Source: Octopus vulgaris (lineage: Eukaryota). Taken from it: a DNA stretch of 248,000 nucleotides. The notes beneath the pieces are model-generated. The model made no database searches. It saw only the letters and a program-made list of their open reading frames with translations, and had not been told where the DNA came from. Shown here one piece after another: positions 76,884 through 92,963 of this stretch. The stretch is from positions 189,740,001 through 189,988,000 of the forward strand of contig OX597815.1 in assembly GCA_951406725.2 (NCBI GenBank), given 5' to 3'. The position numbers and the translations under genes are program-made. The number at the start of each line of letters is the position of its first letter. The stretch's first letter is position 1.

Positions 76884-79678
76884 TGTATGTATGTATGTAT
76901 GTATGTATGTATTTATTTATTTATGTGTGCGTGTCTTTGTGCTTTGAGTCTGCGTTTGTGCCCCACTGTTGCTTGACAACCGATATCGGTGTGCTTATGT
77001 CCCTGTAACTTAGCAGTTCAGTAAAAGAAACCGATAGAATAAGTACCAAGCTTGCAAAGAACAAGTCCTGGGGTCAATTTCTTCAAATAAAAGGTGGTGC
77101 TCCAGCATGGCCGCAGTTTGAAGCAAGTAAAAGAGTAAATCTAGAAATAGAGAGAATGTAGCGAAAATACTGATTATAAATGTTAGCAATAAGAAAGGAA
77201 ATACTTTTAATTGCTTGGAGAAGCTCGTTTGATTGAAGGTTTTTCATCTTATTATACATCATTCATGTGACTCCCTACTGTATTCATGTCTCGTAAGCAG
77301 AATGTTTCCCCGGAGGTATTTTATTAACAAAGATGAATTGTTTCCATAAAAGATTTATGAAAGCAATTTTTATCATTTTTCCTGTTAGCTAAATGAAAAT
77401 ATGAACCCTATATAACTACCAGTTTTTAAATATATATCGAAATTGAAAAATAAATAAACAATGTTAAAAAAAACATTGCAGCACAAAGGAAGGCAAAATG
77501 ATTTATGATTTTAAACCTTTGCAATGATATCAAACAAGGAAATTAAAAAATAACAAATAAAAAGCCTCTGTAGAAATCAATCTCAAATTAAAAAACAAAT
77601 ATATTTACATTTACAGTCAATTCAGTCTACATCAAAGGCCACTTATTCCCCATATAGACTAATATATGTTTCCAAACCTCTGGCTCAGTGATTTATAGTA
77701 ACCTTAATATCCAATGACTTATTCCTGATAACACATTTAGCGGCTGCTGTTGCTATTGCAATTTAACACAGAATGAATTCACGATCTATGCGGATCAGGA
77801 CAGCAATTATTCCTGAACTAGAAGCATGCTAGTGTAGTATTTATAACTTACTAGTAATTCAGTGTAGCATTATGGAATAACATTCAAACGCAAAAGGGAT
77901 ATTAGTATGCACAACTCAATTTCCATTCTGAACATAAGCTTGAGTGAAAGTCCTTCTGTGTAAAGCTAATCATTTTTAGTTTCCGCTTTTTGCAAAAAAA
78001 AATTTACCAGCTGTCTTCATAACGATTTATATCATCCTATTATAAACCTACATGTTTTGGTTATTTTATTTGCTTTAGAACCTCCTCTTTTTATGTGGAG
78101 GTCAGCTAATCAAAACCAATACTAAAGTGTGGATAGAATGAGATAAATCTGTGTTCTCAGTCATATGGTTACACTCCAAGAATAATTTTTTCTTCAGTAA
78201 TGTGTTAATTATGAAATCAATTGTTAATATTTTGCTATTATAAACATGACACTTAAAACTTGTTTTTTCAGCCAATAAAATATTTTTTCAGAGTAAGACT
78301 GTTCCGAGTTCAAAGGGCCTAGCTAATCATTAAAAATTTAGTTTAGCTCTAAAAATGGAAGCTTAAAACAAAATAGAATAAGACGAAAAACAAATTGCTC
78401 CATAAATATTGATTATAGGTAGCAATAATATCTGGTAGAAGATCATCAAAACTTTGACTAACATCGTAGTGACTGAGAAAAACATTATTAAATGCAAAGG
78501 TTTCATAGATAGAATCTATAAAAGTACATTAAAGAAATGAAGAGTTGCTTTTGTTTCTAAGCATTTTCAGTGTATTGAAATATGTGTCATGATAATTTTC
78601 AGAATTTTATTGATTAACCATTTTCTGAGTTTGTTACAGACACACATCCATAGCAACTAAAACTTTCTCTGCTTTAGAAAAGTGATATATTTGATTGACT
78701 TGCAGCAACTTGGATGGTTACAAATATATATTATAAAAGAGTTATGTAATTTACGAGTACAATAATTTCAGAACGTGATATTGGTTTCATTTGAATAGAT
78801 ACAAGGATACTATATTTGCAAAGAAGATTACATGGGATATTGCAATGTTCATACCTCTCCAAAAGCATTATCTGTGAAAATGAAGCAGAATGGTTCCAAT
78901 GTGAAATATACTCTCAACTGGCATACAATCTCATTTATTTATTTTATAAAGCAATTTGTGCACAATAGCTTCATTGGTTACAGGTTTCCAACAGACCAAT
79001 AATTGATTCATAGTATTTCTGACAGTGGCAATAACAAAGGAATGTCTATAATTTGGTGTAGAACAAATTATTTAAGGGAATTCATCTGAGAACTGTTGTT
79101 TTGTTTTGTTTTGTTTTTCTCGTCAATGTTTAGTTCCTTTGCTGTTACACACCACCAAAACACACACACACGTGTGTATGTCTGTGTGTGTGTGTGGTGT
79201 GGCAGATGGACTTCCAACAGAATAAAGAAAACTATCTTTCCATTGGTGTTTCCAGGCAGTGGTACGATATGTTGGCTGAGAACTCTTGACAGAAATGTTG
79301 CTATTTGGTGATGGAGTGGAATTTGATCCCTGAATGCACAACACCTCATCACAGATACCCTAAGGCATCTCATCCAATGCTCTAACAATTTCTGCCAATC
79401 CACCCAACATCAACCATAACCCCTCTGCTACATTTTAAAAATTTATTTATTTATTTTGCATATACATATCCATGTGAGTGTGTATGCGTGCGTGTTTGTG
79501 TGAGTGTGCATGTGTGTGTGTGTGCATGTGTGAGAGAGAGTATTTATGTGGATATCTTTCACCAATGTGTGTGTGTGTCTGTGAGAGAGAGAGTATCTGT
79601 GTGGATATCTTTCATCAATGTGTGTGTGCATGTGTATATGTGTGTGTGAGTGTGAGTAACTATGTGGATATCTTTCAT

Positions 79679-79711
<33 letters not shown>

Positions 79712-80588
79712 TGCATGTGTGTGAGTAAGTGGATATGTTTCATCAATATGTGTGTGTATGTGTGTGTGTGTGTATGTGTGTGTGTGTGTGTCAGTGTGTG
79801 TGTATCTATGTGGATATCTTTCATCAATATGTATGTGTGTGTGTGTGTATGCACACACATTGGATAGTTCAGATCATCATCATCATCATCATCATCATCG
79901 ATTAACGTCCATTTTCCATGCTGGCATGGGCTTCACGGTTTGACTGAGGGCAGGAAAGCCAGCAGCTGCACCAGGCTCCAATCTGATCTGGCAAAGTTTC
80001 TACAGCTGGGTGCCCTTCCTAATGCCAACCACTCCAAGAGTGTAGTGGGTGCTTTTTACGTACCACTGGCACAGGAGCCAGTCAGGACAGGCTTGCCATC
80101 GACCACGTTTGGATAGTACCTTTTACGTGCCACCGGCACAGGGGCCTGTCACGAGGTACTGGCATCGGCCACATTCGGATGGTGCTTTTTACATGCCACT
80201 GGCACAAGAGCCAGTCAGAGGATACTAGCATCAGCTATTGGGAACTGAGGGACATTTAGCGATGCCAGATTGTGACAGTGATGTGAAGAGTTGTTTAGTC
80301 ATGTTGCCATAGCAACTCTGATGTGGCAGAAGTAAAACTGTAACTCAGGGCTTTGAGTTCAAATTTTCAGCCTATTTATCTCTTTTACTCTTATGCTCTT
80401 TTACTTGTTTCAGTCATTTGACTGTGGCCATGCTGGAGCACTGCCTTTAGCCGAGCAAATCGACCCCCAGGACTTATTCTTTGGAAGTCTAGTACTTATT
80501 CTATCGGTCTCTTTTGCCAAACTGCTAAGTTACGGGAACATAAACACACCAGCATCGGTTATAAAGCAATGTTGGGGGGACAAACACA

Positions 80589-80630
<42 letters not shown>

Positions 80631-80784
80631 TATATATATAAGAGAAAAAATCTGTAAATTTTTTCCACTTGAATATATATTTATATTATATAGAGGGCAT
80701 TATTACACATAAATACCGCATGCTAGGAGGGACTCTTAAAGTCAAAACTACTAGCATGCAGCATTTATGTGTAATAATGCCCTC

Positions 80785-80826
<42 letters not shown>

Positions 80827-82405
80827 CAAGTATTTTATTACATTTATCAATTCATTTTGCACGATTCCTGATGTGAAATTGTATGCTGAAAAAGATATTG
80901 TTGTATTTCGGTATGGACATATTTTTGTTTTGCTTTGCCAAATAAACACGCGTTTATTACTGTTCTTATTTTATTATTTTAACTCCATGTCCATTGTCTG
81001 AAAGTCCTTCATCACAAATCTGTGACCTCTACAGGGACACTTTCCATCTTCATGTGTGTTCTTGCTTCACTTACTCCATTCTCTGAAAAGTGTCACTGAA
81101 GAGGTCACAGATGTGTGACAAAAACTTTTTGGGCAATGGGCTTACAAAGCTTACAAAGAATAAGTCCTGGGGTCAATTTCTTCAACTAAAAGGTGGTGCT
81201 CCAGCATGGCCGCAGTTTGAAGCAAGTAAAAGAGTAAATCTAGAAATAGAGAGAATGTAGCGAAAATACTGATTATAAATGTTAGCAATAAGAAAGGAAA
81301 TACTTTTAATTGCTTGGAGAAGCTCATTTGATTGAAGGTTTTTCATCTTATTATACATCATTCATGTGACTCCCTACTGTATTCATGTCTTGTAAGCAGA
81401 ATGTTTCCCCGGAGGTATTTTATTAACAAAGATGAATTGTTTCCATAAAAGATTTATGAAAGCAATTTTTTAAATAATAAAATAAGAACAGTAATAAATG
81501 AGTGAAGAACAAATATATAGTGCGTGTGTTTATTTGGTAAAAGAAAAAGATGACCGTCCCAAAATATAGCAATATCAAATATTTTAGTTTTCCTTAAAGT
81601 ATGAATATTTTGAAAGTTATCAAATACAATATCCTTTTAAAATCTTTTATTCTTTTACTTGTTTCAGTCATTTGACTGTGGCCATGCTGGAGCACTGCCT
81701 TTAGTTGAGCAAATCAACCACAGGACTTATTCTTTGTAAGCCTAGTACTTATTCTATCAGTTCCTTTTGCTAAACCACTAAGTTACAGGGACATAAACAC
81801 ACCAGCATGGGTTGTCAAGCAATGTTGGGGGTACAAGCACAGACACACAAACACACGCACACACACACGCACAAAGAAAATAAGACAAGGTAGAAAATGC
81901 TAAAATAATTTTATCATGAAGACCATTTTAGTACCGGTTTCAGTCATTGCACAGATTCCAGATCAAAATTCCGAAAATCAAAAAAATAGCATTCAGCAAA
82001 CACATCGACATTTGCTCCAACAACAAACAACCAGGTTGTATCATCCCTGTATTGATAGAGGGGGCAGATTCTGAAGCTTGGTTGTTTATTGTTAGCGCAA
82101 ATCTCAAAGTGTTCGCTGAATACTATTTTTCCGTTTCTTTTTTTTTAAATTTTGATCTGGGATCTGTGCAATGATTGAATCTGGTACTAAAATGGTCTTC
82201 GTGATAAAATTATTTTAGCATTTTTTCCTTGCTTTATTTTCCTTATACATATCAACTCGTGTGTTCCTTTTCAACCTTCTACATACATATATATATATAT
82301 ATATATAGTTATGCCAAACAAGAAAACACGAAAAAACACAACAACGTGAGGACGTGGAACAAATATAGTATTATTGGATGCTCAGGAAAGAAGGAAAGAA
82401 GGAGG

Positions 82406-82440
82406 GTTTAATGTTTCAAGCAGAGCTCTTCATCAGAAAC
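82406..82440 (-). ncRNA. Minimal hammerhead motif, family b
   Basis: GTTT-CTGATGA-AGAGC-TCT-GCTT-GAAACATT-AAAC; sister copies at 30942-30976 (-) and 148094-148128 have CCGACGA, and 171438-171472 has CCGAGGA. Confidence 0.62.
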
Positions 82441-82539
82441 ATAGGAGAAGGAAAGATCCAGAGAAGGGAAGACAGAGGAAAAAAATCGCCAACGGTACAC
82501 ATGCGGTCACATTTTGAATATATATATATATATATATGC

Positions 82540-82571
<32 letters not shown>

Positions 82572-84659
82572 GTATATGTATATATATATGTATATATATA
82601 TATTTATATATATATACCATCCAAACGTGGTCAATGCCAGCACCGCTTTTGTGCCAGTGGCATGTAAAAAGCACCATCCAATGATAGTCGATGCCAGCTC
82701 CTCTGGTCCTTGTGCTGGTGGCACGTAAAAAGCACCAACTACACTCTTGCAGTGGTTGGTGTTAGGAATGGCATTGAGCTGTAGAAACACTGCCAGACAA
82801 GATTGGGGCCTGGTGCATGTATATATATATATATATATATATATTCAATGGGCTTCTTTCAGTTTCTACCTACCAAATCCACTCACAAGGCTTTGGTCAA
82901 CCTGAGGCTATAGTAGAAAACACATGCCCAAGGTGACACACAGTGGGACTGAACCAGGAACCATGTGGTTCGGAAGGAAACTCCTTACCACACAGCCACT
83001 CCTGCACTTATGTAGATTACAATCTCATCACTGCTCTTTTACACACACATACACAGCTTGTGTAAGATACCTGACAGAAAAATATTTAATTAACTGCATT
83101 TAAAAAAATGTATATTTATTCTGTTCTGACATAATTTTGGCATTCGTTTCTGAAGTGAAAGCATGTGGGTCTGAGAAGAGTTAAAATATGAAGAATAACA
83201 ATAAATTTCAGTTTATTCTTGTTCAAGTTTTAATTACTATGAAGATAATATTTGATTAGTTACTTGTGTGTCATTAGTTCACCTGGGTAGGCAGACAGGG
83301 GGAAGTGTATTTCATTGTGGTACCACTTATAGCTTTAGTTTTTCTTAAAGTATGAATATTTTGAAAGTTATCAAATACAATATTGTTTTATTCTTTTATC
83401 CTTTTATTTGTTTCAGTCATTTGACTGCGGACATGCTAGAGCACCGCCTTTAGTTGAGAAATTTTATTTCGGAAAGCCAATTCACATAGTTGTACTAACA
83501 TCGCTGGGATGTGAATGAAGAATGTTTTGTCAAGAGGAATTCAAAACGTGCATGTAGGTACAGGTATGGCTTTGGAGTAAGAAGTTTGCTCCCCAACCAC
83601 ATGGTTCTAGGTTCAGTCTCACGGAAAGTGTCTTCTTCTATAACCTTGAACCTTGTAAGTGGATTCGGTAGGCAAAAACTGTGCATTCACTCAAACCAAC
83701 GAGGGAGTCTCTAAATGGTTGCTCGCTCTGGTAAAAATAGCAGTCAAATTACTGTAAAAATTACATCTTTTGCATGAACCAGTCTTTCCAAAATAAAGAA
83801 ATATGAACATTGCAGATTTTGGAAAAGAAGAGTGTGGAAAATATTTTGAAGAAACAAAAAAAGGCTGATCAACAGACAAGAAATATTAAACATGGTGCCA
83901 AGATTTAAAAGTTTGAATGAAGGCTTCCACAGGAATTTTGAGAATTAATGATAAAACAGAGAGTTTGAAAGAAAATAAATGGACAGGTCTTTATATTATT
84001 CATTAAATTTCAAACATGTGCAAAAAATGTTTTAAAAATAAAAGCAGATAAGAAATAAAAATATAAAAATGTGAACACACACAAAGACAAAAAATGAATT
84101 GCCAGATAATAATAGAACCATTATTCTGCTTTTGGAAAGGAATAAAACCACAAGGAAAGTAGATGATTTTGTTTTTTAAAGTGAAAGCTAAAATAAGGAG
84201 AAACTAAAAGTACTTAATCCTTGGAAATCATAAATAGTAATCCCTTGGTTATCACGGATATCGATTACATTGAACCCAGTATGCAACTGGTACTTATTTT
84301 ATCAACCCTGAAAGGATAAAAGGCAAAGTCGACCTTGGCAGAATTTGAACTCAGAACACAAAGACAGATGAAATACCACTAAGCATTTTACCTAGTGATA
84401 CTACCCGTTCAAAGCCTTCGTTAAGTGTGTTGTATCAGTAGAGATTTTTTTGTAAGAGATTTTCATATTTCCATGTAAATCCTTCGCAGTTTATTTGTTT
84501 ATTTGAAAATTGTTATCAAAATTTGCAGACTAGCTCAACCTCATCAAAGTCAGGAGTGTTGTTAGCTAATGTACTGCCTCTTTTACAGTGTGGAACTTCT
84601 GCTTCTGCTGACTTATTGCAAGAATTTAGATGCTAAGAGGTTTCGTATTACCAGGCATC

Positions 84660-85225
84660 TATTGGGTTGTCCAGAAAGTTCATGCCGATTTTTAAAGGAA
84701 AGAAAAAGGTCAGTAAATACTTGCCATTACATTTTTAATCAACCAAATATGAACCATTTTGTTGCACAATGAATCTCCATCTTTCCTTTAACTTGAAAAT
84801 ACCCTCTTCCCAGAATTGAGGTCGTTTCATGGCAAAGAATTCATCAACGTATCTTTTTACGTCATCCAAGGAATTGAAATTTTTACCATTAAGACTATTC
84901 TGCCGAGACCTGAATAAGTGGAAATCCAAAGGAGCAATATCTAGTGAATATGGAGGGTGGGGTAACACATCCCAGCTGAGCTGTAGCAATTTTTGTCTGG
85001 TTCCCAAAGCATCAAGTGCCGAAAATGAACTTTCTTATCTTCCAAATTAAAGGGTTTGAGAATTAACACAGGTTATAGGAACATAAACCTTCTTCCACGA
85101 AAAGATAGCTTAAACTGTGCTCTAAATGGAGGTGTAGTCAAATCCTATTTTATGGACTCAACCATGTTCTAAAATAAGTTGAAAGGTAAGCTACTATAAG
85201 TTGGCACAAACTTTCCAGACAACCA
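84660..85225 (-). mobile_element. Same non-autonomous mariner, opposite orientation
   Basis: Reverse complement of 68690-69260; HPPYSLDIAPLDFHLFRS. Confidence 0.85.
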
Positions 85226-85361
85226 CAGGAGTAGCTGTGTGGTAAGCAGCTTGCTTACCAACCACATGGCACCTTGGGCAAGTGTCTTTTACTATAGCCT
85301 CAGGCCGACCAAAGCCTTGTGAGTGGATTTGGTAGACGGAAACTGAAAGAAGCCCGTTGTA

Positions 85362-85416
<55 letters not shown>

Positions 85417-87745
85417 ATATATTTGTGAGTCTCTTTGTCCCCCCACCAACATCGTTTGACAACTGATGGTGGTGTGTTTACATCCTCGTAACTTAGCGGT
85501 TCAGCAAGAGAGACAGATAGAATAAGTACTAGGCTTCCAAAGAATAAGTCCTGGGGTCAATTTGCTCGACTAAAGGCAGTGCTCCAGCATGACAGCAATC
85601 AAATGACTGAAACAAGTAAAAGAGAAAAGAGAGAAACCCAATATTTTAACCATTAGTATTATGCATCATCAATCATCTGCTTATCCTGTTTGTATTATCT
85701 GTATTTTATTGTTCATTTAATTTATCTTTGCATTTTGATATGTGCATTTATTACATAATCAAGCCTCTCTTTTTATGAGGAATTCTATCTTGTGTGGGTG
85801 TATTATCTATTAGCATTTTTCTGTCTAGTTTTGTTTACGATGTGCAGTATTGTAATTTCTCCTTATTGTTTATGCATAAGGGAGTGCTGTGCTCACATGG
85901 TTAATGTAACAGTTAGACTCATCAAGTTTACAACTTATAGATTTACAGGTGAATCTATAAATTATGAATGATGACATGTAATTATAAAGGCCAAAATATA
86001 TGCTTGATACTGTGGGATTCTGTCAAGTTCAGGCAGTAAAGCCTGCATAAATAAAAGTCACCCATTATGTATGTGACAGTTTATAAGCCAACAACACTTC
86101 ATATCCAGATGATGAGACAGAGACAGTTTGACAACATCAATAATAATGAATTCAAGAACTTCATCTTGGAACTAAGTGAACTGAGCGATCATATACAGAA
86201 ATACAAAAATATCTTCATAAGAATGATTAAATTGGAAATTCCGTTTTTGTTATGTCTAAAAGAAATATTGTTTCCCATATACAAAAATACACATGCACAC
86301 ACACACAAACATATATATACATACACACTTGCTATATTATATTGAATTATTTTATACTAATAGGAGTAATAGTAGCTTTATTATGAAGCATTAGAATTGA
86401 CTCAACTGTGAAACTGCACTTCCTGTCTAATTTTACTGCGGTATTAAGTTGATTTACCTCATGATGAAAACTAATCAATTGCCACATTAATTTCTACCGT
86501 AAGTAGTAGTAGTAGTAGTAGTAGTAATAAATTTTTAAGACTATAAAAATAATAGTGTTATTCAATAAAATAATAATTTTTAATTACTGTTTTGTAAAAG
86601 AAAAAGAAAATAGAAATTTGTTTTGAAAACTATTTTCTAGAATAGTAATTTGTTTGTGAGAATGTTTTGTAAAATATTTTGTATACGATATAGTTTGTAC
86701 AATTGTTTGTAATTAAATGACTGGAATAAATAGGAAAGTGTTTTTGTATCCGAAGTGATAGAATGAGGGCCCACCAACTGTGGAGTTAAAGGTTATTATT
86801 GCTCCGTTGGTCAGACATTTAACTCTGAATGGCCCTATAGAAACACTGAATATTGAACAAAGAGTTTCATTAGTTTTGCAGCCTAAGGTTTAAATTTTCC
86901 ATACAGACTGAAGTAAACAACAAGGAACTTCTCAAGTGCAATATATCTTGAAAATTCAATAGAAATTACAAGATCTTCAAAGGTCAGAATTGAAATCAGC
87001 TAGGGAGTTTGTTGCTAACAGTAAAAAAGTTGTAAATTCTAAAGAATATTAAATATACTTTATAATAATAGCTTGCTTATAGACCATGCAGTTTAGAAAT
87101 AAATATTTAATTCACAATAGGGGAAAAATTCATGATATTATAAAAATCAGAAGTAAAATATGAGCCAGAAGCCATCTATATTAAAACATTAGATAAAAAT
87201 GTAATATCAGCTGGTTTTTTTTATTTTTTTATCAACTTTACAAGTGAACTCTTTGAAAATTCAATTATAAAATATAGCTTTCTATGTATTAAATTCTGTG
87301 GTTACTGAGTTCATACGCTGAAGGATTTTTTAATACTAACTAGTGTAACCATTAGTTTAACATGAACTCTTAACAAAAAAAGTTTTATTTACACTTGTTT
87401 TACTTGAAAGTTCTCAAATTACACTATCTGCTACTGACTTGAAGAAAAAAGCATTCTCTATTATTGAAGAATTATAATAACTTCATGATGAAGTATAAAT
87501 TATCATGAATAGGAATTAATACACAATTCTAGATGCTGACAGAAGCCTACAGACTACCAGTTCCATTTTATCGAATTCTGAGAGCTGAAAAGCAGTTGGT
87601 TTTATTCAGTTACAAGACTGTGTTTTCTTCTTTTAAAAATGAAATGAATTTAGGCGATTATTTCAAACACCCTATATTGTTAGAAATTATATTGAAGTTA
87701 CAAAAGAAAACCCCTAAAAATTAGGGAAACTGAATTGCTAAATAT

Positions 87746-87803
<58 letters not shown>

Positions 87804-88011
87804 AACTCTTTTACTTGCTTCAGTCATTTGACTGTGGGCATGCTGGAGCACCACCTTTTAGTCGAGCAAATCGACCCCAGGACTTATTCTTTTGTAAGCC
87901 CAGTACTTATTCTATTGGTCTCTTTTGCCAAACTGCTAAGTTATGAGGACGTAAACACACCAGCATCAGTTGTCAAGCAATGTTGGGGAGGGGGACGAAT
88001 ACAGACACATT

Positions 88012-88052
<41 letters not shown>

Positions 88053-91000
88053 CATATATACGATGGGCTTCTTTCAGTTTCTGTCTACCAAATCCACTCA
88101 CAAGGCTTTGGTTGGCCTGAGGCTATAGTAGAAGACACTTGCCTAAGATACCACGCAGTGGGACTGAACCTGGAACCATGTGATTGGTAAGCAAGCAACT
88201 TACCACACAGTCACTTCTACGCCTACAGTATTTCATTGAACTCAGAACATTGGCAGTTTGGAACAAGATACAACTCGGTATTTATTTCATCTCTCACCTG
88301 TTTGAATCCTACTTTTCATAATTTGTATTAATTGTGTAGGCTGGTATGAAATTTTAAAACTTAATACTGATATCTAACCACAGGAGTGACACTTAGAATA
88401 TCTTGAATATATCTGAAATGAACTGAAATATACAGATGTGTTTCATTAAAAATAGGTCCTAAATGATTAATGGTATTTAGGAAACTAAATTTATTTTAAC
88501 TCAGAAAGCACAAAGCTGGAAGATATTGCAAAGCATTTCATCCAATGCTCTGAGAATTATACTGATCCTTTACTCTGTTTTTTTTTTTGTTTTTGTTTTT
88601 TGGGTTTTTTTTTGTCATTCTTCCCAGGACAGCTTTGTCTTTTGTCCTTTTGAGGTACCCAAAGAGATGAATAGTAAAACTGACTTTGGCAATATTTGAA
88701 CTTAGAGAGATAGGACAAATACCACAAGGCATTCCATGCAACACTCGAACAGACCATGGTACATAGTGCAGCTACTGGCTTTGCCATCTCCTGTCAAACT
88801 GTCCAACCCATGCCATCAGAGAAAACAGATGTTAACTGATGATGTGGATGACATTAATTACTACACCTGTCCACCAAGGACAGGTGTAGTAATTAATCAT
88901 AGTTATAGTGGAGATAATAATAGTTTATAATGGAGCAACTACTTTACAATTTTACTCACCGGTAAAATTTCCACTTATTTCTTATTTTTATTTTCCTAAA
89001 ATTTTCATTTCATCTTGCAACCTTTTCAATATTGAAAAGGTTGCAAGAGGCAATGAAAATTCTAAGAAAATAAAAATAAGAAATAAGTGGAAATTTTACC
89101 GGTGAGTGTGTTATATTATAAGGCACAAAAAGAAAATTACTCTCCCCAGACAACAGACTATGGTTTTTAAAATTTCAGATATGGCGCCTTCTTTCAAATG
89201 GATTTTTGAGTCTATACAAAACTTTATGATTCTTTATTAATTAGCTAAACAGCTTTTAATTCAAATTTGGTCTACATGGCATAAACTTTGTTTTCTTTTT
89301 CTTTCTTTTCCCTTTTTTTTTTCTTTTTTGAAGCACCAGAATGGCAACTGCAAATGGCAAACAACATTCGCAAGAGAGCAAATACTTGCTTGCAACAAAG
89401 TTAGAGAAGATTTTACTAATCAGAGACAACATTTTAATCCAATTTGTGAAAGGGGGGGAAATGTCTAGCAACGGGTAGTAGGCACAAAAAGAAAATGACT
89501 CTCCCCTGACACAACAGAATATGCTTCAACACACAAACTCATATAAAGAATCTTGCAAACTAAATCCAAAATCGAAATATAATACAAGAGCTGATCTAAA
89601 AGTATCAGGACTGGTGCTATAAAAAGAAAACTACAAAACATATCATTTTGGCATTTAATCTCCTTCGAAGTAGTCCCCTTCTGAAGCCATGCACATTATC
89701 CAGTGTTGCTCCCATTGGAGGAAGCATTCCTGGAACTCCTGTTTTGGGGATAATGAGCAACTGCATCCTCTTGGATTTCCTTAATGTCTTGAAATCTTTA
89801 TCCTTGCAAGAGAGATTTGATTTTTGAAAAGATTCTTGACCATAATAACCTTCAAGCCATGTCTCTTTCCTATTTCTTTACTACCCACAAGGGGCTAAAC
89901 ACAGAGAGAACAAACAAGGACAGACAAACGGATTAAGTTGATTATATCGACCCCAGTGCGTAACTGGTACTTATTCAATCGACCCCGAAAGAATGAAAGG
90001 CAAAGTCGACCTCGGCAGAATTTGAACTCAGAAGGTAGCGGCAGACGAAATACCACTAAGCATTTCGCCCGGTGTGCTAACGTTTCCACCAGCTCGACGC
90101 CTTCAAACCATGTGTCTTTCCATGTTCACATGCACACACACACACACACACACATATTTTCTCTGCCGTGGTCACTGATGGAACGTCTGTGGTTTGACCA
90201 CATTCTAAACACTTTACTTTGAAGCACTACTATAAACAATGGAAGTGAGCAGGAAGGTCATAACTTACTGTTCGTGCTCATCAGAGTTCAAGGTCAATCT
90301 GTGCCAAGTGGCTTTTCTCTGCATACTTTAGTTCCGTTACCTTGGCAACAGCCCCAATACTTTTTTGATCAGACCTCGTATTCTTAAATTCCATCACTAG
90401 AAATAAAATGCATTGCTGAGCAAGAAATATAACACTTAATAGCTAAGTCCACTTTTGGAAACTTATAAGGAGAAACAAATTATTGATTTTAGTCAGATAT
90501 ATTGCATAATTGATAGGCATTGTCATTATTTTGAAGTGGTACCTTAAAAGTACTCCATGGGGTACTGTAACCATAAGTATGTCATTAGTAGTATTGTCAG
90601 TGATTGCTAATTTCATAAGAATGTTTTATTTTCTTGGCTTCAGGCAATTTAAATGAACCAGAGAAATGTATAACGATTACTACACTTATATCAGGTTAGG
90701 CAACCGTGTATTTTCTTTGCGGTAGTACACCTGTTTCTGTCTTCATTCCTGATCATTCTCTCTCTCTGGCCAGGTAACCTTGAACTTCATCTACAGCAAG
90801 ACACCTGTATCTCTCTCATTATAACCGTTTCATCATCACCTCCTCCAATGCCTCCTCCCCTCTTAAAAGTTTTTGTCTTGCAGGTACTTGGTGACCCTGT
90901 CAGTATAGGTAACACATAAAAGCACCCTGTCCACTCTGCTGAGTGGTTAGTGTTAGGAAGGGCACCCAGCTGTAAAAACCTTGCCAAAACTGACCTCACC

Positions 91001-92399
91001 TGTGCTTGTGCCCCATAAAAAGCACCAAGTCCACTCTGCTGAGTGGTTGGTGTTCGGAAGGGCATCCAGCTGTAAAAATCCTGCCAAAACAGTCACAGAA
91101 GTCTGGTGCAGGCTTCAGTCTGGCTGGCTCTTGTGGTACTGTCCCACCCAAGCTAGCATGGAAACGGATGTTAAATGATGATGATGATGATGATAACCCA
91201 CCTTACCACAAAATCTTTGGCATCATACCTGCCTAACAATAGAAAAGTTATTCTTCACATAAGGCAGCAAGCTGGCCGAATCGTAAGCACGCTGGACAAA
91301 ATGCTTAGGTGTATTTCCCTCATCGTTACGTTCTGAGTTCAAATTCCACCGAGGTCGACTTTGCCTTTCATCTTTTCAGGGTCGATAAATTAAGTACCAG
91401 TTACGCACTGGGGTCGATGTAATCGACCATCCCCCTCTCCCAAATTTCAGGCCTAGTGCCAGTAGTAGAAAGGATTCTTCGCATAAGACACAGTGACATA
91501 ATAACAAACAATGCATGGAACTGGACTGCTCGTTAAATGTGGGAGAGGTTTGTTACTGCAGAATATGACTTTATCAATCCAACATTAAGGATCTCCAGAA
91601 ACATCGTTGCTTCCAAAAGGGGATTAAAAGTAATATTATAGCACAAGAACAAGCAAAGCAAAATAAACCAAATTCAGAATTTCATATATTAATTGCATTT
91701 TTCTGAATATTGGCAGAAACTTTAATATCAACATTAACTTATTTTGAAAAACCTTATATATATTGTTTCCTAATTGATTTTCTTGGAAGAAAATGTATGT
91801 AAGATTGGGATAAAAAGTTATTTTCAGTATTTGAAGGAATGGACTGTTGGCGATTAATGAGCCATTAAAAAACCATTAGCAAGACATTTCAAAAACCTGA
91901 TTTTGGTTTTATAGACAAATGCCTAGATAAGAGATAGTGAAGATTCTATATAATGTCTTGTCCAATCAATATTTTCTCCAATAACGATTTCATGCGAATG
92001 GAAAATAAAACAAATAAAAATGAAAGTTTGAAAGGAAAACAAATGCTAAAATAAAACAAGAAAAAAGAGAATGTTTCATTAGAGTCTTCCTTTGAGGAAT
92101 GTCTGCATAGGTAATATCACTCTTTCTGCTGAAATCTTTTGGTGCTTACTGATTGTGTTGAAATATTTTTTTACATTTATTTTTTTATATTATTTTATAT
92201 TATTTCATTTGTTTGTTTATTTATTCATTTTTTTCTTTTTTTAAAAATAGTCTTCTCTCAAATAGCTTCTAAAAGCCAAATTTTAAACTTTCGGTAGTTT
92301 TCACTTAAGGCAATATTTTATATATATACACACTTATTATGGAAACATATGCATGCATGTTTATATATACATGCATATATGTAGGTATATATCTGCATA

Positions 92400-92455
<56 letters not shown>

Positions 92456-92734
92456 TGCATATATATATATACTCATACATGTATATATATTTATATATAT
92501 AAATATATATTCATACATGTACTTATGTGCATGCATATATAAATATATATGTGTGTTTATATATATATATATGCTAGCATTGACCATGGACATTAAATAA
92601 TGATGATATACATATATATATGTATATATATGTATGTGTGTGTATGTATATATACATATATACATATATATATACATATATATATATAATACATATATAT
92701 ATATACACATATATACATATATATATATACATGA

Positions 92735-92963
92735 AGGCGGCGAGCTGGTAGAAACGTTAGCACGCCGGGCGAAATTCGTAGCCGTATTTCGTCTGTCGTT
92801 ACGTTCCGAGTTCAAATTCCGCCGAGGTCGACTTTGCCTTTCATCCTTTCGGGGTCGATAAATTAAGTACCAGTTACGCACTGGGGTCGATGTAGTCGAC
92901 TTAATCCCTTTGTCTGTCCTTGTTTGTCCCCTCTGTGTTTAGCCCCTTGTGGGTAGTAAAGAA

